This document shows, one piece after another, positions 8,328-18,326 of a stretch of 54,866 bases of DNA (its first letter is position 1; each line of letters begins with the position of its first letter). The notes beneath the pieces are model-generated. The model did not search any database, was not told where the DNA came from, and saw only the letters and a list, made by a program, of their open reading frames with translations. The DNA lies in NCBI GenBank assembly GCA_016204145.1, contig JACQLK010000010.1, forward strand, positions 1-54,866, given 5' to 3'. The translations under genes and the position numbers were made by a program. Origin of the DNA: Candidatus Pacearchaeota archaeon. Lineage in GTDB: Archaea > Nanobdellota > Nanobdellia > Pacearchaeales > GW2011-AR1.

Positions 8328-8873
8328 ATGGGAGAAGATGCTCAAACAGAGGAATTGTTTAATTTAGCCGAAAGAATATCTAAAGAAGGAGAATTTGTGT
8401 CTAGAGGGGGATCTGGGTGCAATATTTTCGTTGGAAAACGTGAGGGTAAACAGTACCGAGTTGAATACGAACCGAGTCCCGGTTATGATTGCATAAGCAT
8501 TTACGGTCCGGACGGATTTCTTTCTTCTTTAAATATGAATATGTGGGACACGAAGGGAAGAAATGAATACAGTCACAATGGAGAAATTTCTCAGGAAGAA
8601 TTAAGGAACTTACTGGAAAATTTGGAAAAAGATGATGTCGCCCTGAATCGAATTAGGGAAAATTATCTTAGAAGTTTTTCTAGGGGGACAAGAAGAGAAC
8701 ATGAAACTTTTTTTGGTGAAAGGGAAAGAAGGATGCCCGTCTCGGACGTTGATTCATCCGACTCTGATTTGACAAAGAGGGCATTCGGCGCCTCCGCTTT
8801 GGGTTATCTCTTTCTCGGACCAATTGGACTTCTTTTTGGACCTGCTTTGATTAATAAAGAAAGGAAACACTGA
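8328..8873 (+). CDS. Hypothetical protein with a C-terminal hydrophobic anchor
   Basis: Long ORF in an otherwise unexplained interval. No motif recognised. Confidence 0.4.
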   Translation: MGEDAQTEELFNLAERISKEGEFVSRGGSGCNIFVGKREGKQYRVEYEPSPGYDCISIYGPDGFLSSLNMNMWDTKGRNEYSHNGEISQEELRNLLENLEKDDVALNRIRENYLRSFSRGTRREHETFFGERERRMPVSDVDSSDSDLTKRAFGASALGYLFLGPIGLLFGPALINKERKH

Positions 8874-8926
8874 ACTTTCATAATCTGAAATGGCGTTTTT
8901 ATTATATAAATTTATTTAAAGGAGAA

Positions 8927-9223
8927 TTGCAAATTTTAGTTATGGGAGATATTGGAAGCGATACTGAAGCGCAACTAGAAATGATGAGAGATGCTTACAG
9001 AGATTTGAGAAACAAATGTCCAAATCATGAATTGTTAAAATTAGCGTCTTTGCATCAAGATGAAGAGGGATTTGATTTTACGCCGGAATTCGGAAGAAGA
9101 TGCGTTAGGACTGAAGACAGATATAAGGCAAGCAGTTACGCGAGGTATACTATTGCTTTAGAATCGGCAGCGCAAAATAGCACCTTTAAGCTTCTTGATA
9201 CAAATCCTTCTTGTGATTATTAA
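8927..9223 (+). CDS. Hypothetical protein
   Basis: ORF only. The start is uncertain (TTG at 8927 or ATG at 8942). Confidence 0.35.
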   Translation: MQILVMGDIGSDTEAQLEMMRDAYRDLRNKCPNHELLKLASLHQDEEGFDFTPEFGRRCVRTEDRYKASSYARYTIALESAAQNSTFKLLDTNPSCDY

Positions 9224-9263
9224 GTTGGAATAATTTATATATTATTTTTTCATTAGTTCTTTT

Positions 9264-9785
9264 ATGAATCAAAGGGGTTACGAGAGAAAATATCTTCAGG
9301 AATTTGTTTACGGCGGAATTGACGGCGCCGTGACCACGTTCGCCGTCGTCTCGGGAGTTGTCGGCGCCTCGCTAAGCCCGTCAATTGCATTGATTCTCGG
9401 ATTCGCAAATCTTTTCGGCGACGGATTTTCAATGGCAATGTCGAATTATCTTTCAAACATTTCCGAAGAAGAATTGAAAAAGAAGCGGGATCACACCGCG
9501 AAGAAAAAGGCGCTTGCGACTTTTTTCTCTTTTGTCGCGATAGGATTCATTCCCTTGCTGTCTTTTGTTTTGGCTTTGATTGTAAAATCTAGTTTTCTTG
9601 TAAAAAATCAATTTGCTTTCTCGCTGATTCTGACCGCAATGGCGTTTCTTTTTGTCGGCTGGCTCAAGGGAGACATCGTCGGAAAAAGCAAAACAAAATC
9701 CGCGTTTGAGACGCTTTTAATCGGCGGAATCGCCGCGGCCGTTGCGTATTCGACGGGATATTTGATTAAAGGATTAATCGGATGA
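9264..9785 (+). CDS. VIT1/CCC1-family membrane protein (short form)
   Basis: The N-terminus YGGIDGAVTTFAVVSGVVGA is typical of the VIT family. Multiple TM segments. Confidence 0.7.
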   Translation: MNQRGYERKYLQEFVYGGIDGAVTTFAVVSGVVGASLSPSIALILGFANLFGDGFSMAMSNYLSNISEEELKKKRDHTAKKKALATFFSFVAIGFIPLLSFVLALIVKSSFLVKNQFAFSLILTAMAFLFVGWLKGDIVGKSKTKSAFETLLIGGIAAAVAYSTGYLIKGLIG

Positions 9786-9851
9786 TTTATTTTTTGTTTT
9801 AATCTGCTTCATTTTGTTCGGGTTTTTACAAATATGTCTCAAATAAGAAGG

Positions 9852-10187
9852 TTAAAAATTCATTGTTTTGTTGCTTTTGCATTTTAAATCCACGATAAAA
9901 CGATTATTGTATTTTACCTGAAAATTTCCATCTGTGTCCAGGTAAACTCCTCCTGATTTAATCAAAGAGTCAAACTTTGACTCCAAGGCATTTCTTTCCA
10001 CTTCATAATCAAAATTGGGGTTTATTGATTCAATTGTGCAAGAATATTTTTTGCCAAAATATGTTTCTCTTGAAGAAATTTTATTTTCATTGCCTGAAAG
10101 AACAAAGTAAAAGATCAGCCCTCCCGCAATAGTTCCAGTTAAAAAAATAACCGCGGGATTCCTGAAAAGATTTGTCAAACTAACCAT
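9852..10187 (-). CDS. Hypothetical N-terminally anchored protein
   Basis: ORF with an N-terminal TM segment. Confidence 0.4.
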   Translation of the reverse strand: MVSLTNLFRNPAVIFLTGTIAGGLIFYFVLSGNENKISSRETYFGKKYSCTIESINPNFDYEVERNALESKFDSLIKSGGVYLDTDGNFQVKYNNRFIVDLKCKSNKTMNF

Positions 10188-10356
10188 TCAATTCACGAAT
10201 TATCAGAATATATAAAGATGCCGTAAAATTGGCTTTGTTTAAAAAATCCAAAATTGTTTTGACTTTGGCAAATTTTTATTGATATCCAAGTCGGGGCGCG
10301 AGTAGTGACGGAGTCAGGCACGGAGCAATTAATCTGCGAACGAAGTGAGCGTAATT

Positions 10357-11316
10357 TTAAATAAAGTTCTTTCCTTCCCCGATTTCAGAATTCTCTTCAT
10401 TTGCTGATTTTTCGCTCTCATCTTTCTCGGCTTTTTCCCAGTCCTTCTCGCTTGTTTGTTCCTCGTCCGCAAACTTCAAATCCGCGAACGGATCGTTGTT
10501 TTTGAAATAATTTTCTTTTTCCCACACTAAAATTTCGCCGAAATGCTCTTTCTGCTCGAGCCAGATTTTTTTCTGATTTTCAAGATGCAAAAGCGACGAA
10601 AAGAAATAAATTGTTTCTTCCTTGTCTTCTCCGATGATGCTTGAAAATGAAACGCTCGTTTCGCTGTTCTGGAAATGCCCGAACAAAACTCCGTAAATTT
10701 CTTTTATTTTGTCTTTTATCACGTATTTTCTTTTTGGAAGAGAGAAGGACGTTTCTCTCAGCGCGTTTCTTCCGACAATTTCTTTGTTTATTCTTCTGTT
10801 CTCCGTGATTATCGCCTTGTTCAGCGATTCAACAAGCTCTTTCAGCGTCACTTTCCTGAATCTCGGCAAAGGGCTTTTCGGAATCAATTCCGGAATGTAA
10901 TCGTCAAGTTCTATCCTTTCGAAATCAATCGGCTTTTTTTCCTTTTTCCCGAAGAGAATTTCGTCGATGCTTCTGATATATTTGTTGAGAAGAATCTCGG
11001 ATTTTATCCTTAACAACAGCGCGGCGGCGAGGAGAACCTTGCTTGAAACAAAATAATTATCCTCCTCGTATTGCTGGAGTTTTTTCATGTAATTGTTCGT
11101 CAAAACGATAATGTCAATGTTCCACGGATCAAGTTGCTCAGAGTTTATCAAATCGTAAATGATTTCCTGCCATCCTATCTCTCTGCTGAAAACAATGTTG
11201 TGGACTTGCTCCTGCGACGGGCTTATTTTTTCCTCGGAATCGGTTTTTTCATCCTTTCCGTCGGGAAAATTATCTTTTTGTTTTGGAATATCTCTTTTTT
11301 CAGGATTTTCGTCCAT
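10357..11316 (-). CDS. scpA: Segregation and condensation protein A (kleisin)
   Basis: WQEIIYDLINSEQLDPWNIDIIVLTNNYMKKL is the ScpA N-terminal signature. A winged-helix-like C-terminus and acidic tails are present. Confidence 0.7.
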   Translation of the reverse strand: MDENPEKRDIPKQKDNFPDGKDEKTDSEEKISPSQEQVHNIVFSREIGWQEIIYDLINSEQLDPWNIDIIVLTNNYMKKLQQYEEDNYFVSSKVLLAAALLLRIKSEILLNKYIRSIDEILFGKKEKKPIDFERIELDDYIPELIPKSPLPRFRKVTLKELVESLNKAIITENRRINKEIVGRNALRETSFSLPKRKYVIKDKIKEIYGVLFGHFQNSETSVSFSSIIGEDKEETIYFFSSLLHLENQKKIWLEQKEHFGEILVWEKENYFKNNDPFADLKFADEEQTSEKDWEKAEKDESEKSANEENSEIGEGKNFI

Positions 11317-11688
11317 GAAATATAAAGGAAAAAGAGTGTTATAAATTTATGTAGTGCCTAAAAATGGCAAAGTAGTGCCTAAGAAATCAACGGAAAATCA
11401 CTACTAATAACTAATTACCCCTCGTCATTCTTAAAGAGTAACAAAACCGAAAGATTTAAATACGACCGCTTTATATGAATTATATCACCTCTTTTTCCCC
11501 AGGAGAGCCTTCAGGTCATCTTTTTGACTGGCTTGAAGAATCTCCTAGGGTTTATGCTTTTTACAAGCAGGGGTTTCACAATCATTAATTTGATAAAAGT
11601 CGTGGAGTTTGCTAACATTATTTAGTGTTTGTGTCCACGCATAATATTCTAACACAATTAATCTTATAAGCAACTAACTATTATCCTA

Positions 11689-12006
11689 TTGAATATGACT
11701 ATTGCAGATCCGACGAGTTTAGAGTATAAAGAAAGAAGGAGAAAGGAATTAGAAGAATCCGGGTATGTGGGATTGACTGCATTTATATTGACTCATCCAG
11801 AGACGCAAAAGAAATCTATTGAAATAGCATCTGGCGCAGGCAATCCTTGCGGAATTAAGGAAGAAAAATGGTTAAATGTTCACGCATTCGGTTCAACTAA
11901 GACGGGTATGTATGATTTCAACGGAGAAAGAATTGAAGGAATAGAAAATGTCGCCTCTAAAATGAGAAATTATGTCAGAGAAAATTATTCGCATTTGTTG
12001 GATTAA
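11689..12006 (+). CDS. Hypothetical protein
   Basis: ORF only. Confidence 0.35.
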   Translation: MNMTIADPTSLEYKERRRKELEESGYVGLTAFILTHPETQKKSIEIASGAGNPCGIKEEKWLNVHAFGSTKTGMYDFNGERIEGIENVASKMRNYVRENYSHLLD

Positions 12007-12059
12007 TTTATTTCTCTTCTTCACAATTAACTTTATAATCTCTTTACTCATGAATTTTT

Positions 12060-12845
12060 ATGGGAGACGTTATAAGCATCGCTGAAAGATTGAATGAAAA
12101 GAATGTTGGAAAACTTTTAACGCAGCTTGATGAATTGCGCAATAAAGGTCTTTCTTTTTCCCGCGATTTTTCCAGAATTCTTGAAGAAAATCCCAATGAA
12201 GCGGTTAAAGAAATTGCCAATTATTTGGATGGCGCTAAATACGGGGGTAGTGAGAAAAAAGTTGTAGGAATTGATCCAAATCAAGATTATACCGGACCAA
12301 TCTTATGTTTATTCGGAAATGTTTACCCGATTTTGGACAGAGAAACAAGGAAAGAAGGATTATTGCAATGTTTTAGTTTTTTAGACAAGCTTAACTATTT
12401 TCAGGCGCAATTCAATGTTGAATATATAAATGAACCATGGCTGGCTGCGGATATTTTGATCAATCGGGGCTTATATTGGTGCGGTTATAAGGAATATTGC
12501 GATGTCTTGGAAAAAACTTCCGAGTGGAAAAATCTTTCTGCGAAAATAGATAAGATGAAAAGTCAATTTTGGTTGGCAATGGCGATTATAAATTATAAAC
12601 ATGCTTCATTGGAAGTAAGAGCTAAATTTTACAGGGAATTTCCAAATCTAGTCGATAGAACCGAAGATGCAATTGCCGCTTTGACTTTTAATCACGCACA
12701 AGATGCAAATAAAAGAAAAGAAACCCCCGTTGACGAATATATTGATGGAAGTTTATCCAAATACGATCCGATATTGCATAACAATATAAGGAAAAAGATG
12801 GGCGAGCAAAAGTGGATAAGAATAGATCCTAATGTTAGTCATTAA
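12060..12845 (+). CDS. Hypothetical protein
   Basis: 261-aa ORF with coding-like composition. No motif recognised. Confidence 0.45.
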   Translation: MGDVISIAERLNEKNVGKLLTQLDELRNKGLSFSRDFSRILEENPNEAVKEIANYLDGAKYGGSEKKVVGIDPNQDYTGPILCLFGNVYPILDRETRKEGLLQCFSFLDKLNYFQAQFNVEYINEPWLAADILINRGLYWCGYKEYCDVLEKTSEWKNLSAKIDKMKSQFWLAMAIINYKHASLEVRAKFYREFPNLVDRTEDAIAALTFNHAQDANKRKETPVDEYIDGSLSKYDPILHNNIRKKMGEQKWIRIDPNVSH

Positions 12846-12899
12846 TTACTTCCTTTTATTTCTCTTTTGTCGTGAACTCCGCTCGTTCGCGGCAAATAT

Positions 12900-14687
12900 T
12901 TACTCTTTTATGTATCCGCCCTTCTGCAAATTCCAGAGTTTCCTGTATTCTCCTTCCCGAGAAATCAATTTTCTGTGATTTCCCTCTTGAATTATTTTTC
13001 CATCTTTCATAACGATTATTCTGTCGGCATTCATGATTGTTGAGAGTCGGTGCGCGATTATGATTGATGTTCTGCCTTCAAGCAATTTCTGCATGTTTTT
13101 TTGGATCTCGTTTTCCGTCTCTGAATCAAGCGAGGATGTCGCCTCGTCAAGGACAAGAATTTTTTTGTTTGCCAATATGGCCCTTGCAATTGAAACCCTT
13201 TGTCTTTCACCTCCGGAAAGTTTTATCCCCCTTTCTCCAACTATCGTGTTTTCCTTCTTAGGCAATCTGCTTATGAGTTTATCAAGTTGCGCGAATCTTA
13301 TCGCTTTAAATACTTCTTCTCTTGTGGCATCTGGATTGGAAAATTTGATATTGTTGAATATTGTATCGTCAAACAAAATACATTCTTGGGGAACTATGCT
13401 TAATTCTCCCCTCAATGACTCCTGTTTGAAATCTCTTATATCTTTTTCATCAATTAAAATTTCTCCTGTTTCAACGTCGTACAATCTGTAAAGCAATTTT
13501 ATCAATGAAGTTTTTCCGCAACCCGAATGCCCAACAAGCGCGATTTTTTCGTTTTTGTTTATTTTCAAATTGAAATCTTCAAGAGAAAATGCTTTTCTTT
13601 TTCCGTAATGGAAGGAAATATTCTTAAATTCAATTATTCCCTGTTTTATTTCCAAATTCTCTGCATGAGGCCTGTCTTTTATTTCACTTTCTATTTTTCC
13701 ATATTCAAACAAATCCTGAAAGTCAGACATTGCTCTGTAAAATTGTCTCATTCCCCAAACAAAACCAAACATTGGAACAAATACATTTCCAATAACAGAA
13801 TATACAAAAGCCAAACTTCCAAGGGTGATTTCCTTGTTCAAAAAATCCATCAACGGAAAATAAATCATAAGCAATGTTCCTATTCCAAGAATAAAAATTT
13901 GCCCTGCATCAAGCCACCTGTAATATTTCCCATACCAAATGTTGGCATCCTTAGTTTTATTTATTCTTTTAAGGAATTTGTTTTTTATCGCGAACTCTTT
14001 ACCGAAATATTTTACCGCTTCCATGTTTGCGAAAACATCGCTTATGAATCCTTTGTCTCTGTCTTCTAAACTATTCACATATAATCCAACTTTTTGCTGC
14101 AAATGTTGCATTGCAAAACTGTAAAGAATGAATGCGCCGGATGTTCCAATCAGAACAATAGTTAGAATCCAATTGAAAAAAGACAGAGATGCCCCAACGA
14201 CGATAATTTGGAAAATAAGGGGGGAAAAATTAAATAGCAATGTATCGGTCATTGTTTCTATTGAATGGGCACCGCGGTTCAGCCTTGATATAAGCGAGCC
14301 GGTTTTATGGGTTGTATGAAAGCTGTATGAAAGTCCTATAATGTGATTAAAATATTTTTCCTTCAAATCCAAAATCAAATTAGATTCCAAAAGGTTAATC
14401 AAATGTAGTTTTATCCATGCCATTATTGGTCTTGCGATTATGACTGCTAAAAAAATCAGTCCGGAAATTATCAGAATTTTTGTAAAAACGGCTTGTGAAA
14501 TTGTCCCGTCAATAAATTTTGTTCCGTTGTCTATTATAATTTTGAACAGGAACTTATCAACTATCATCAGCACTTCTATTACGAGAATTACAAATATGGC
14601 TGAGAAGAGAAGCAGCTTGTACCTTTTCAAAATGCTGAAATATTCTTTTACGTTATATTTGAAATCTATGTTTTTTTCTATTTTCAT
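12900..14687 (-). CDS. ABC exporter, fused permease/ATPase (MsbA-like)
   Basis: Six-TM N-terminal half, Walker A GHSGCGKTS, signature LSGGERQR, Walker B ILVLDEATSSLD. Confidence 0.9.
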   Translation of the reverse strand: MKIEKNIDFKYNVKEYFSILKRYKLLLFSAIFVILVIEVLMIVDKFLFKIIIDNGTKFIDGTISQAVFTKILIISGLIFLAVIIARPIMAWIKLHLINLLESNLILDLKEKYFNHIIGLSYSFHTTHKTGSLISRLNRGAHSIETMTDTLLFNFSPLIFQIIVVGASLSFFNWILTIVLIGTSGAFILYSFAMQHLQQKVGLYVNSLEDRDKGFISDVFANMEAVKYFGKEFAIKNKFLKRINKTKDANIWYGKYYRWLDAGQIFILGIGTLLMIYFPLMDFLNKEITLGSLAFVYSVIGNVFVPMFGFVWGMRQFYRAMSDFQDLFEYGKIESEIKDRPHAENLEIKQGIIEFKNISFHYGKRKAFSLEDFNLKINKNEKIALVGHSGCGKTSLIKLLYRLYDVETGEILIDEKDIRDFKQESLRGELSIVPQECILFDDTIFNNIKFSNPDATREEVFKAIRFAQLDKLISRLPKKENTIVGERGIKLSGGERQRVSIARAILANKKILVLDEATSSLDSETENEIQKNMQKLLEGRTSIIIAHRLSTIMNADRIIVMKDGKIIQEGNHRKLISREGEYRKLWNLQKGGYIKE

Positions 14688-14856
14688 TTCAACAGGATAA
14701 ATTTATATAGTTTTTAATCCTTAAGTTTTAATGAAGAATAGAATTGCTTTGGGCAATTCAGTTTTTAATGTCAAGTCCTGCGATTACGATATGAATGATG
14801 AGGATTCTGACGAATTCAATGATAATAGTGAGAGGGATGAAGATTAATGTCTTTCT

Positions 14857-15066
14857 TCACTTTGCCTTCGTCACAAATTCTGAATAATGGCATTTTCCGC
14901 AATACAACCTGTCCGGCGTCTTCATGAGAAATATTCCCGGTCCGCACCGGGGACACGACTGCGCCCTCGTGATTTTGTCGCCCTCGATTTTATATTTCGC
15001 ATATTTCTTGCTCGTCGGCTTGTTCTTGTGCTTTTTCTTTCCTTTCTTTTCCTTTTTCTTTCCCAT
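14857..15066 (-). CDS. rps27ae: Ribosomal protein eS31 (S27ae)
   Basis: CPRCGPGIFLMKTPDRLYCGKCHY zinc ribbon with a basic N-terminus. Confidence 0.85.
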   Translation of the reverse strand: MGKKKEKKGKKKHKNKPTSKKYAKYKIEGDKITRAQSCPRCGPGIFLMKTPDRLYCGKCHYSEFVTKAK

Positions 15067-15165
15067 TGAAATTCTTCCTGAATTTTAATTGAGCCGATTT
15101 AGTCGGCGATTTTGAAATTTTGTTTCAAAATTTACATTCGCTGAATTTTAAATTCCCGCGATTTT

Positions 15166-15444
15166 TTACGAAGCCGGCTGAATCGCGGCTTTATTTCCAA
15201 TTTCGAATTTGTCCTTGTCTTCTTTTGAGTCGTATGCAAACGCGATTATGTTGAATAAATTTGTGCCGAAATTTCCGCGGATTTTTTTTATCTTGACGCA
15301 TTCGGCGGGAACGGATATTTTTTCCGAAATTATTTTTTCAACTTCGTCAATTTTCGGCGAAGAAGGAACGCTCATCTCCGCGGCAATTTCTTTTCTTTTG
15401 AATAGCGGATTTTCCCTTTGCGCGATTATTCTGATTTCAATCAT
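15166..15444 (-). CDS. rps24e: Ribosomal protein eS24
   Basis: NPLFKRKEI...KIRGNFGT motifs. Located in the conserved rpoE-spt4-S24e-S27ae neighbourhood. Confidence 0.8.
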   Translation of the reverse strand: MIEIRIIAQRENPLFKRKEIAAEMSVPSSPKIDEVEKIISEKISVPAECVKIKKIRGNFGTNLFNIIAFAYDSKEDKDKFEIGNKAAIQPAS

Positions 15445-15445
15445 T

Positions 15446-15631
15446 TTATTTTGTCTTTATAGCGTAAACTCCCTTTTCCTTTATGTTCAATCTCTTCGCT
15501 ATCTCCGATTTCTCGGAATTCAATATTATTGTTTTCCCCTTGAAACTGTCCGTGGATTCCTTGCTTCCGCAGGCGGGGCATTTTTCTCCCTCGAAAACCC
15601 TGCTGCATATTTTGCATGCTTTTTGTTTCAT
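15446..15631 (-). CDS. spt4: Transcription elongation factor Spt4 (RpoE'')
   Basis: MKQKACKICSRVFEGEKCPACGS zinc ribbon followed by KGKTIILNSEKSEIAKRL. The ATG at 15631 forms an ATGA overlap with the rpoE' stop. Confidence 0.8.
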   Translation of the reverse strand: MKQKACKICSRVFEGEKCPACGSKESTDSFKGKTIILNSEKSEIAKRLNIKEKGVYAIKTK

Positions 15632-16233
15632 TTTTTCTTTCCCCCTTTCTTCTCGGATTTCTCGTCTTCTCTCGCCGCTTTTTTCGCGAATCTTTCTTTT
15701 TTCGTTTGATCCTCTTTTATCCACTCGAGTTTTCCAAGCCCCGGCTGTCTCATTGTCAGTCCGACTTTTGGAAAATTTCCCTTATGGCTTATTGCGACGA
15801 TTCTCGCAATGCACAAATCTCCGACCTTGAGAATCCTCTTGGACGATTTTCCCGTAAGAGTGTTCGTCTTGCTGACGCTAACATAATCCTCCATTGTCTG
15901 CCCGATGTGAATCATTCCCTTCATGACACCGAGATCTATGAATGCCCCGAAATTTGTAACTTCGGTTATGACCCCGTATGTGACTTCCTGCATTTCCGGT
16001 TTCCAGGTTATGAGTTTGAATCTTGAATTGTAATAAGCCGCTCCGTCGCCGGGAATCACGACTCCGTCGCCAACTTGGAGGACCTCGACAACAGCGACGG
16101 CTTTTCCCATTTCTTTGTCATAATAATCTTGGTAAATTTTTTTCAACTGATTGCTTACCGCTTCAAGCGTCGGAAGCCCAAAAAGCTTCGGCTCAACTCT
16201 CACGTAATCTTCAATCTCCGTTAAATAGAACAT
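15628..16233 (-). CDS. rpoE: RNA polymerase subunit E' (Rpo7) with a K/E-rich C-terminal tail
   Basis: The N-terminus MFYLTEIEDYVRVEPKLFG is followed by an S1 domain (GVITEVTNFGAFIDLG). Confidence 0.85.
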   Translation of the reverse strand: MFYLTEIEDYVRVEPKLFGLPTLEAVSNQLKKIYQDYYDKEMGKAVAVVEVLQVGDGVVIPGDGAAYYNSRFKLITWKPEMQEVTYGVITEVTNFGAFIDLGVMKGMIHIGQTMEDYVSVSKTNTLTGKSSKRILKVGDLCIARIVAISHKGNFPKVGLTMRQPGLGKLEWIKEDQTKKERFAKKAAREDEKSEKKGGKKK

Positions 16234-16303
16234 CCAAATTTAGAGTAAAATTGCTTTTTAAAGCTTTTTCCGGAATGCGTTCGCAGAATACAAATTCTTT
16301 TAA

Positions 16304-16720
16304 ATGCGGGATTTCAAGCCAGTCCATGAAAAGCGCGGATTCCTGAGTGGCATAAGAAATAAGATCTTTCCGTCGCTGGAGAGAAAAAGAAGAATTGTGA
16401 TGACGAAAAAACGCCCGGATAATTTGGGAGGGGACGCAATTTACATTCAGGTCCGCCCGAGCGAATTCAAAATGAGGATTATTGGAAAGCCCGCCATTGA
16501 GAAATATTTTGTCAGGATTTATTCGGCGCAAGAATTTGTTTTTCCGGAACTCGGCCGCTTGAATCCGGATATCAACCTGATTGATTTGAATGATTACGGC
16601 GGAATGTGCGAAGCGTTTTATTCGATTGGAGCCATAGGAAGGCAATTCTCAAACATGAATCAAATAGTCCGCGAACTTTTGAAAGACAATCGCGGAAAAT
16701 TGGAATATATTTCCCAATAG
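16304..16720 (+). CDS. Hypothetical protein (start uncertain, possibly the ATG at 16400)
   Basis: Codon pattern resembles neighbouring genes. It competes with the antisense ORF 16211-16645. Confidence 0.3.
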   Translation: MRDFKPVHEKRGFLSGIRNKIFPSLERKRRIVMTKKRPDNLGGDAIYIQVRPSEFKMRIIGKPAIEKYFVRIYSAQEFVFPELGRLNPDINLIDLNDYGGMCEAFYSIGAIGRQFSNMNQIVRELLKDNRGKLEYISQ

Positions 16721-16750
16721 ATAAATTCTTTTAAACCCTTTTTTATTTTT

Positions 16751-17149
16751 ATGCAAATGGCCGAAGATGAAAAGAAAAGGACGATATGTATGGGATATGA
16801 GATTCCCGAAGAAAAAAATTTTGCGGGAGATGTCATTTATGTCGGTCATCTGACAAGAGGAGTCGGCATGGAATGTACGGTCGTTTCCCGGGAAGAATTC
16901 AAATATCGGGCAAGAAATTCTGAACGCGGCCCGGAAATAAAGAGCGGAAAAGAATTGAAAATATATTCAGGCAAAATGGTTCCGTTTAGAAATTTGGCTG
17001 ACGAGCTTGCGGAATTGAATAACGGTTCTGTCCGCGATTCTCTTTTTGAAGAGGGCTTGAGAATTTTTGAAAGCTTTCGGGACATAAAAGGAAGATTGAG
17101 AACCCTCGACGAAGAGATCGCGGGAAAAAGATACGGGGAGCGTGACTAG
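16751..17149 (+). CDS. Hypothetical protein
   Basis: ORF only. Confidence 0.4.
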   Translation: MQMAEDEKKRTICMGYEIPEEKNFAGDVIYVGHLTRGVGMECTVVSREEFKYRARNSERGPEIKSGKELKIYSGKMVPFRNLADELAELNNGSVRDSLFEEGLRIFESFRDIKGRLRTLDEEIAGKRYGERD

Positions 17150-17514
17150 GCGATTTCCAGATTTTTCTTTCCCCTTATCACAATTTTCCGATTTTTTGTT
17201 TTGCGTTTTATTTCCCTGTCCAAAGTTGCAATCGCGGTTTCTTGATTTTCCTTCGCGAATTTTATTATCCCTTTGTCGACATCTTTTTTCTTCAGGTTGA
17301 TTTTCTCAAAATTATTTTTTTCAAGAATTTTCAAAGCCAATTCGGAATTTTTTGCCGTTTCAAAACCGTCGCGGGAAGAAATTTTTTTCAATTCCTGAAC
17401 GACTTGCGCCGGAATTATTATTTTAAATCCCGTTTCTTCCAGAATTCTGAAAAAGTCAATTTTCTGCTTCACGCAGGTTATTATGAAATTCGTGTCCAAA
17501 ATCGCGGTTTGCAT
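17146..17514 (-). CDS. PIN-domain protein (Fcf1/VapC-like)
   Basis: AILDTNFII (first acidic residue), IIPAQVVQEL, and ATLDREIKRK. The internal ATG is chosen to leave a divergent promoter spacer with atatataaa. Confidence 0.6.
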   Translation of the reverse strand: MQTAILDTNFIITCVKQKIDFFRILEETGFKIIIPAQVVQELKKISSRDGFETAKNSELALKILEKNNFEKINLKKKDVDKGIIKFAKENQETAIATLDREIKRKTKNRKIVIRGKKNLEIA

Positions 17515-17573
17515 GCGCAAAAATATACTTTTGCATATATAAATTCTTTTAAATAACGGCATTTTTAGATAAA

Positions 17574-18287
17574 ATGGCGGAAAAATTTTATGATTTGTTC
17601 AGGGTTAAAAAACCGATCATCGGAATGATTCATCTTGCCGGAGACGATTCTTATTGTAAAATAACTCGCGCTCTTCAGGATGCGTCTGTTTTCAACGGGG
17701 AAGGAGTGGACGGCGCTATCGTTGAGGATTTTCATCCCGGTTCTTTTCAGGATGTTCTCGGAACATTGGATAAGCTTTCAAAAACGGAAAACAAAATCGT
17801 TCTTGGAGTTAATTTTCTGCAAAACCCCTATTCGGGATTTGAATTGGCAAATTTGTTTGATTTAAAATTTGTGCAATTTGACAATGTCCAGACGCCGGGA
17901 ATTGACTTGAGATTTTACAGGGAAATGCGCTCGCAATATCCCGGAATTTCGGTTCTTGGAGGAGTTAGATTCAAATACGCGCGCCCGTCGGGAAATTCGC
18001 TTGAGACGGATTTGAGAGAAGGAATGAAAAGATGCGAGGCGATTGTGACAACGGGGGCGGGCACGGGAATGGAAACTCCTATAGAAAAATTAAGGGAATT
18101 CAAAGAGGTCATGGGAAATTATCCTCTCATTGTCGGAGCGGGCGTAACTGCCGAAAATGTTTGCGAGCAGTTAAGCGTTGCAGACGGGGCGATTGTCGGA
18201 AGCTATTTCAAAAATGGAAATGCGAAAAATCCCGTTGACGCGAGAAGAGTGAAGAATCTAATGTCAAAAGTTCTGAAATTAAGGTAG
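17574..18287 (+). CDS. BtpA/SgcQ-family TIM-barrel protein
   Basis: GMIHL, IVEDF, TGAGTG, VGAGVT and ADGAIVGSYFK motifs. Confidence 0.75.
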   Translation: MAEKFYDLFRVKKPIIGMIHLAGDDSYCKITRALQDASVFNGEGVDGAIVEDFHPGSFQDVLGTLDKLSKTENKIVLGVNFLQNPYSGFELANLFDLKFVQFDNVQTPGIDLRFYREMRSQYPGISVLGGVRFKYARPSGNSLETDLREGMKRCEAIVTTGAGTGMETPIEKLREFKEVMGNYPLIVGAGVTAENVCEQLSVADGAIVGSYFKNGNAKNPVDARRVKNLMSKVLKLR

Positions 18288-18326
18288 CTACAATATATTT
18301 TTAATCCTTAAAACACATGTTAATCA

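Noticed and set aside
10320-10356. Short GC-rich motif family (gcgaacgaagtgagcg here; gtgagcgaagcgaac near 52878; ctcgttcgcgg near 12878; gcgcttcgc near 22547 and 54742) in 3' intergenic regions
   Set aside because: The matches are only 8-10 nt and degenerate, and I could not derive a longer consensus by eye. They may be terminator-like or chance matches. A genome-wide motif count would be needed.
14780-14850. C/D-box sRNA-like elements (aaTGATGAggattCTGA ... TGATAA ... )
   Set aside because: The spacing between the C-like and D'-like boxes is only 5 nt. There is no proper C'/D pair or terminal stem, so it does not fit C/D sRNA architecture.
15632-15724. Long form of Spt4 with a 31-aa K/E/R-rich N-terminal extension (track ORF 15446-15724)
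   Set aside because: The extension lies entirely within the rpoE' 3' coding region in another frame. The internal ATG gives a canonical-length Spt4 with an ATGA overlap.
16211-16645. Minus-strand 144-aa ORF upstream of rpoE'
   Set aside because: It overlaps the rpoE' start by 23 nt and has an odd composition (FFRHHNSSFSLQRR). The plus-strand frame looks more like local coding sequence. Neither frame is strongly supported.
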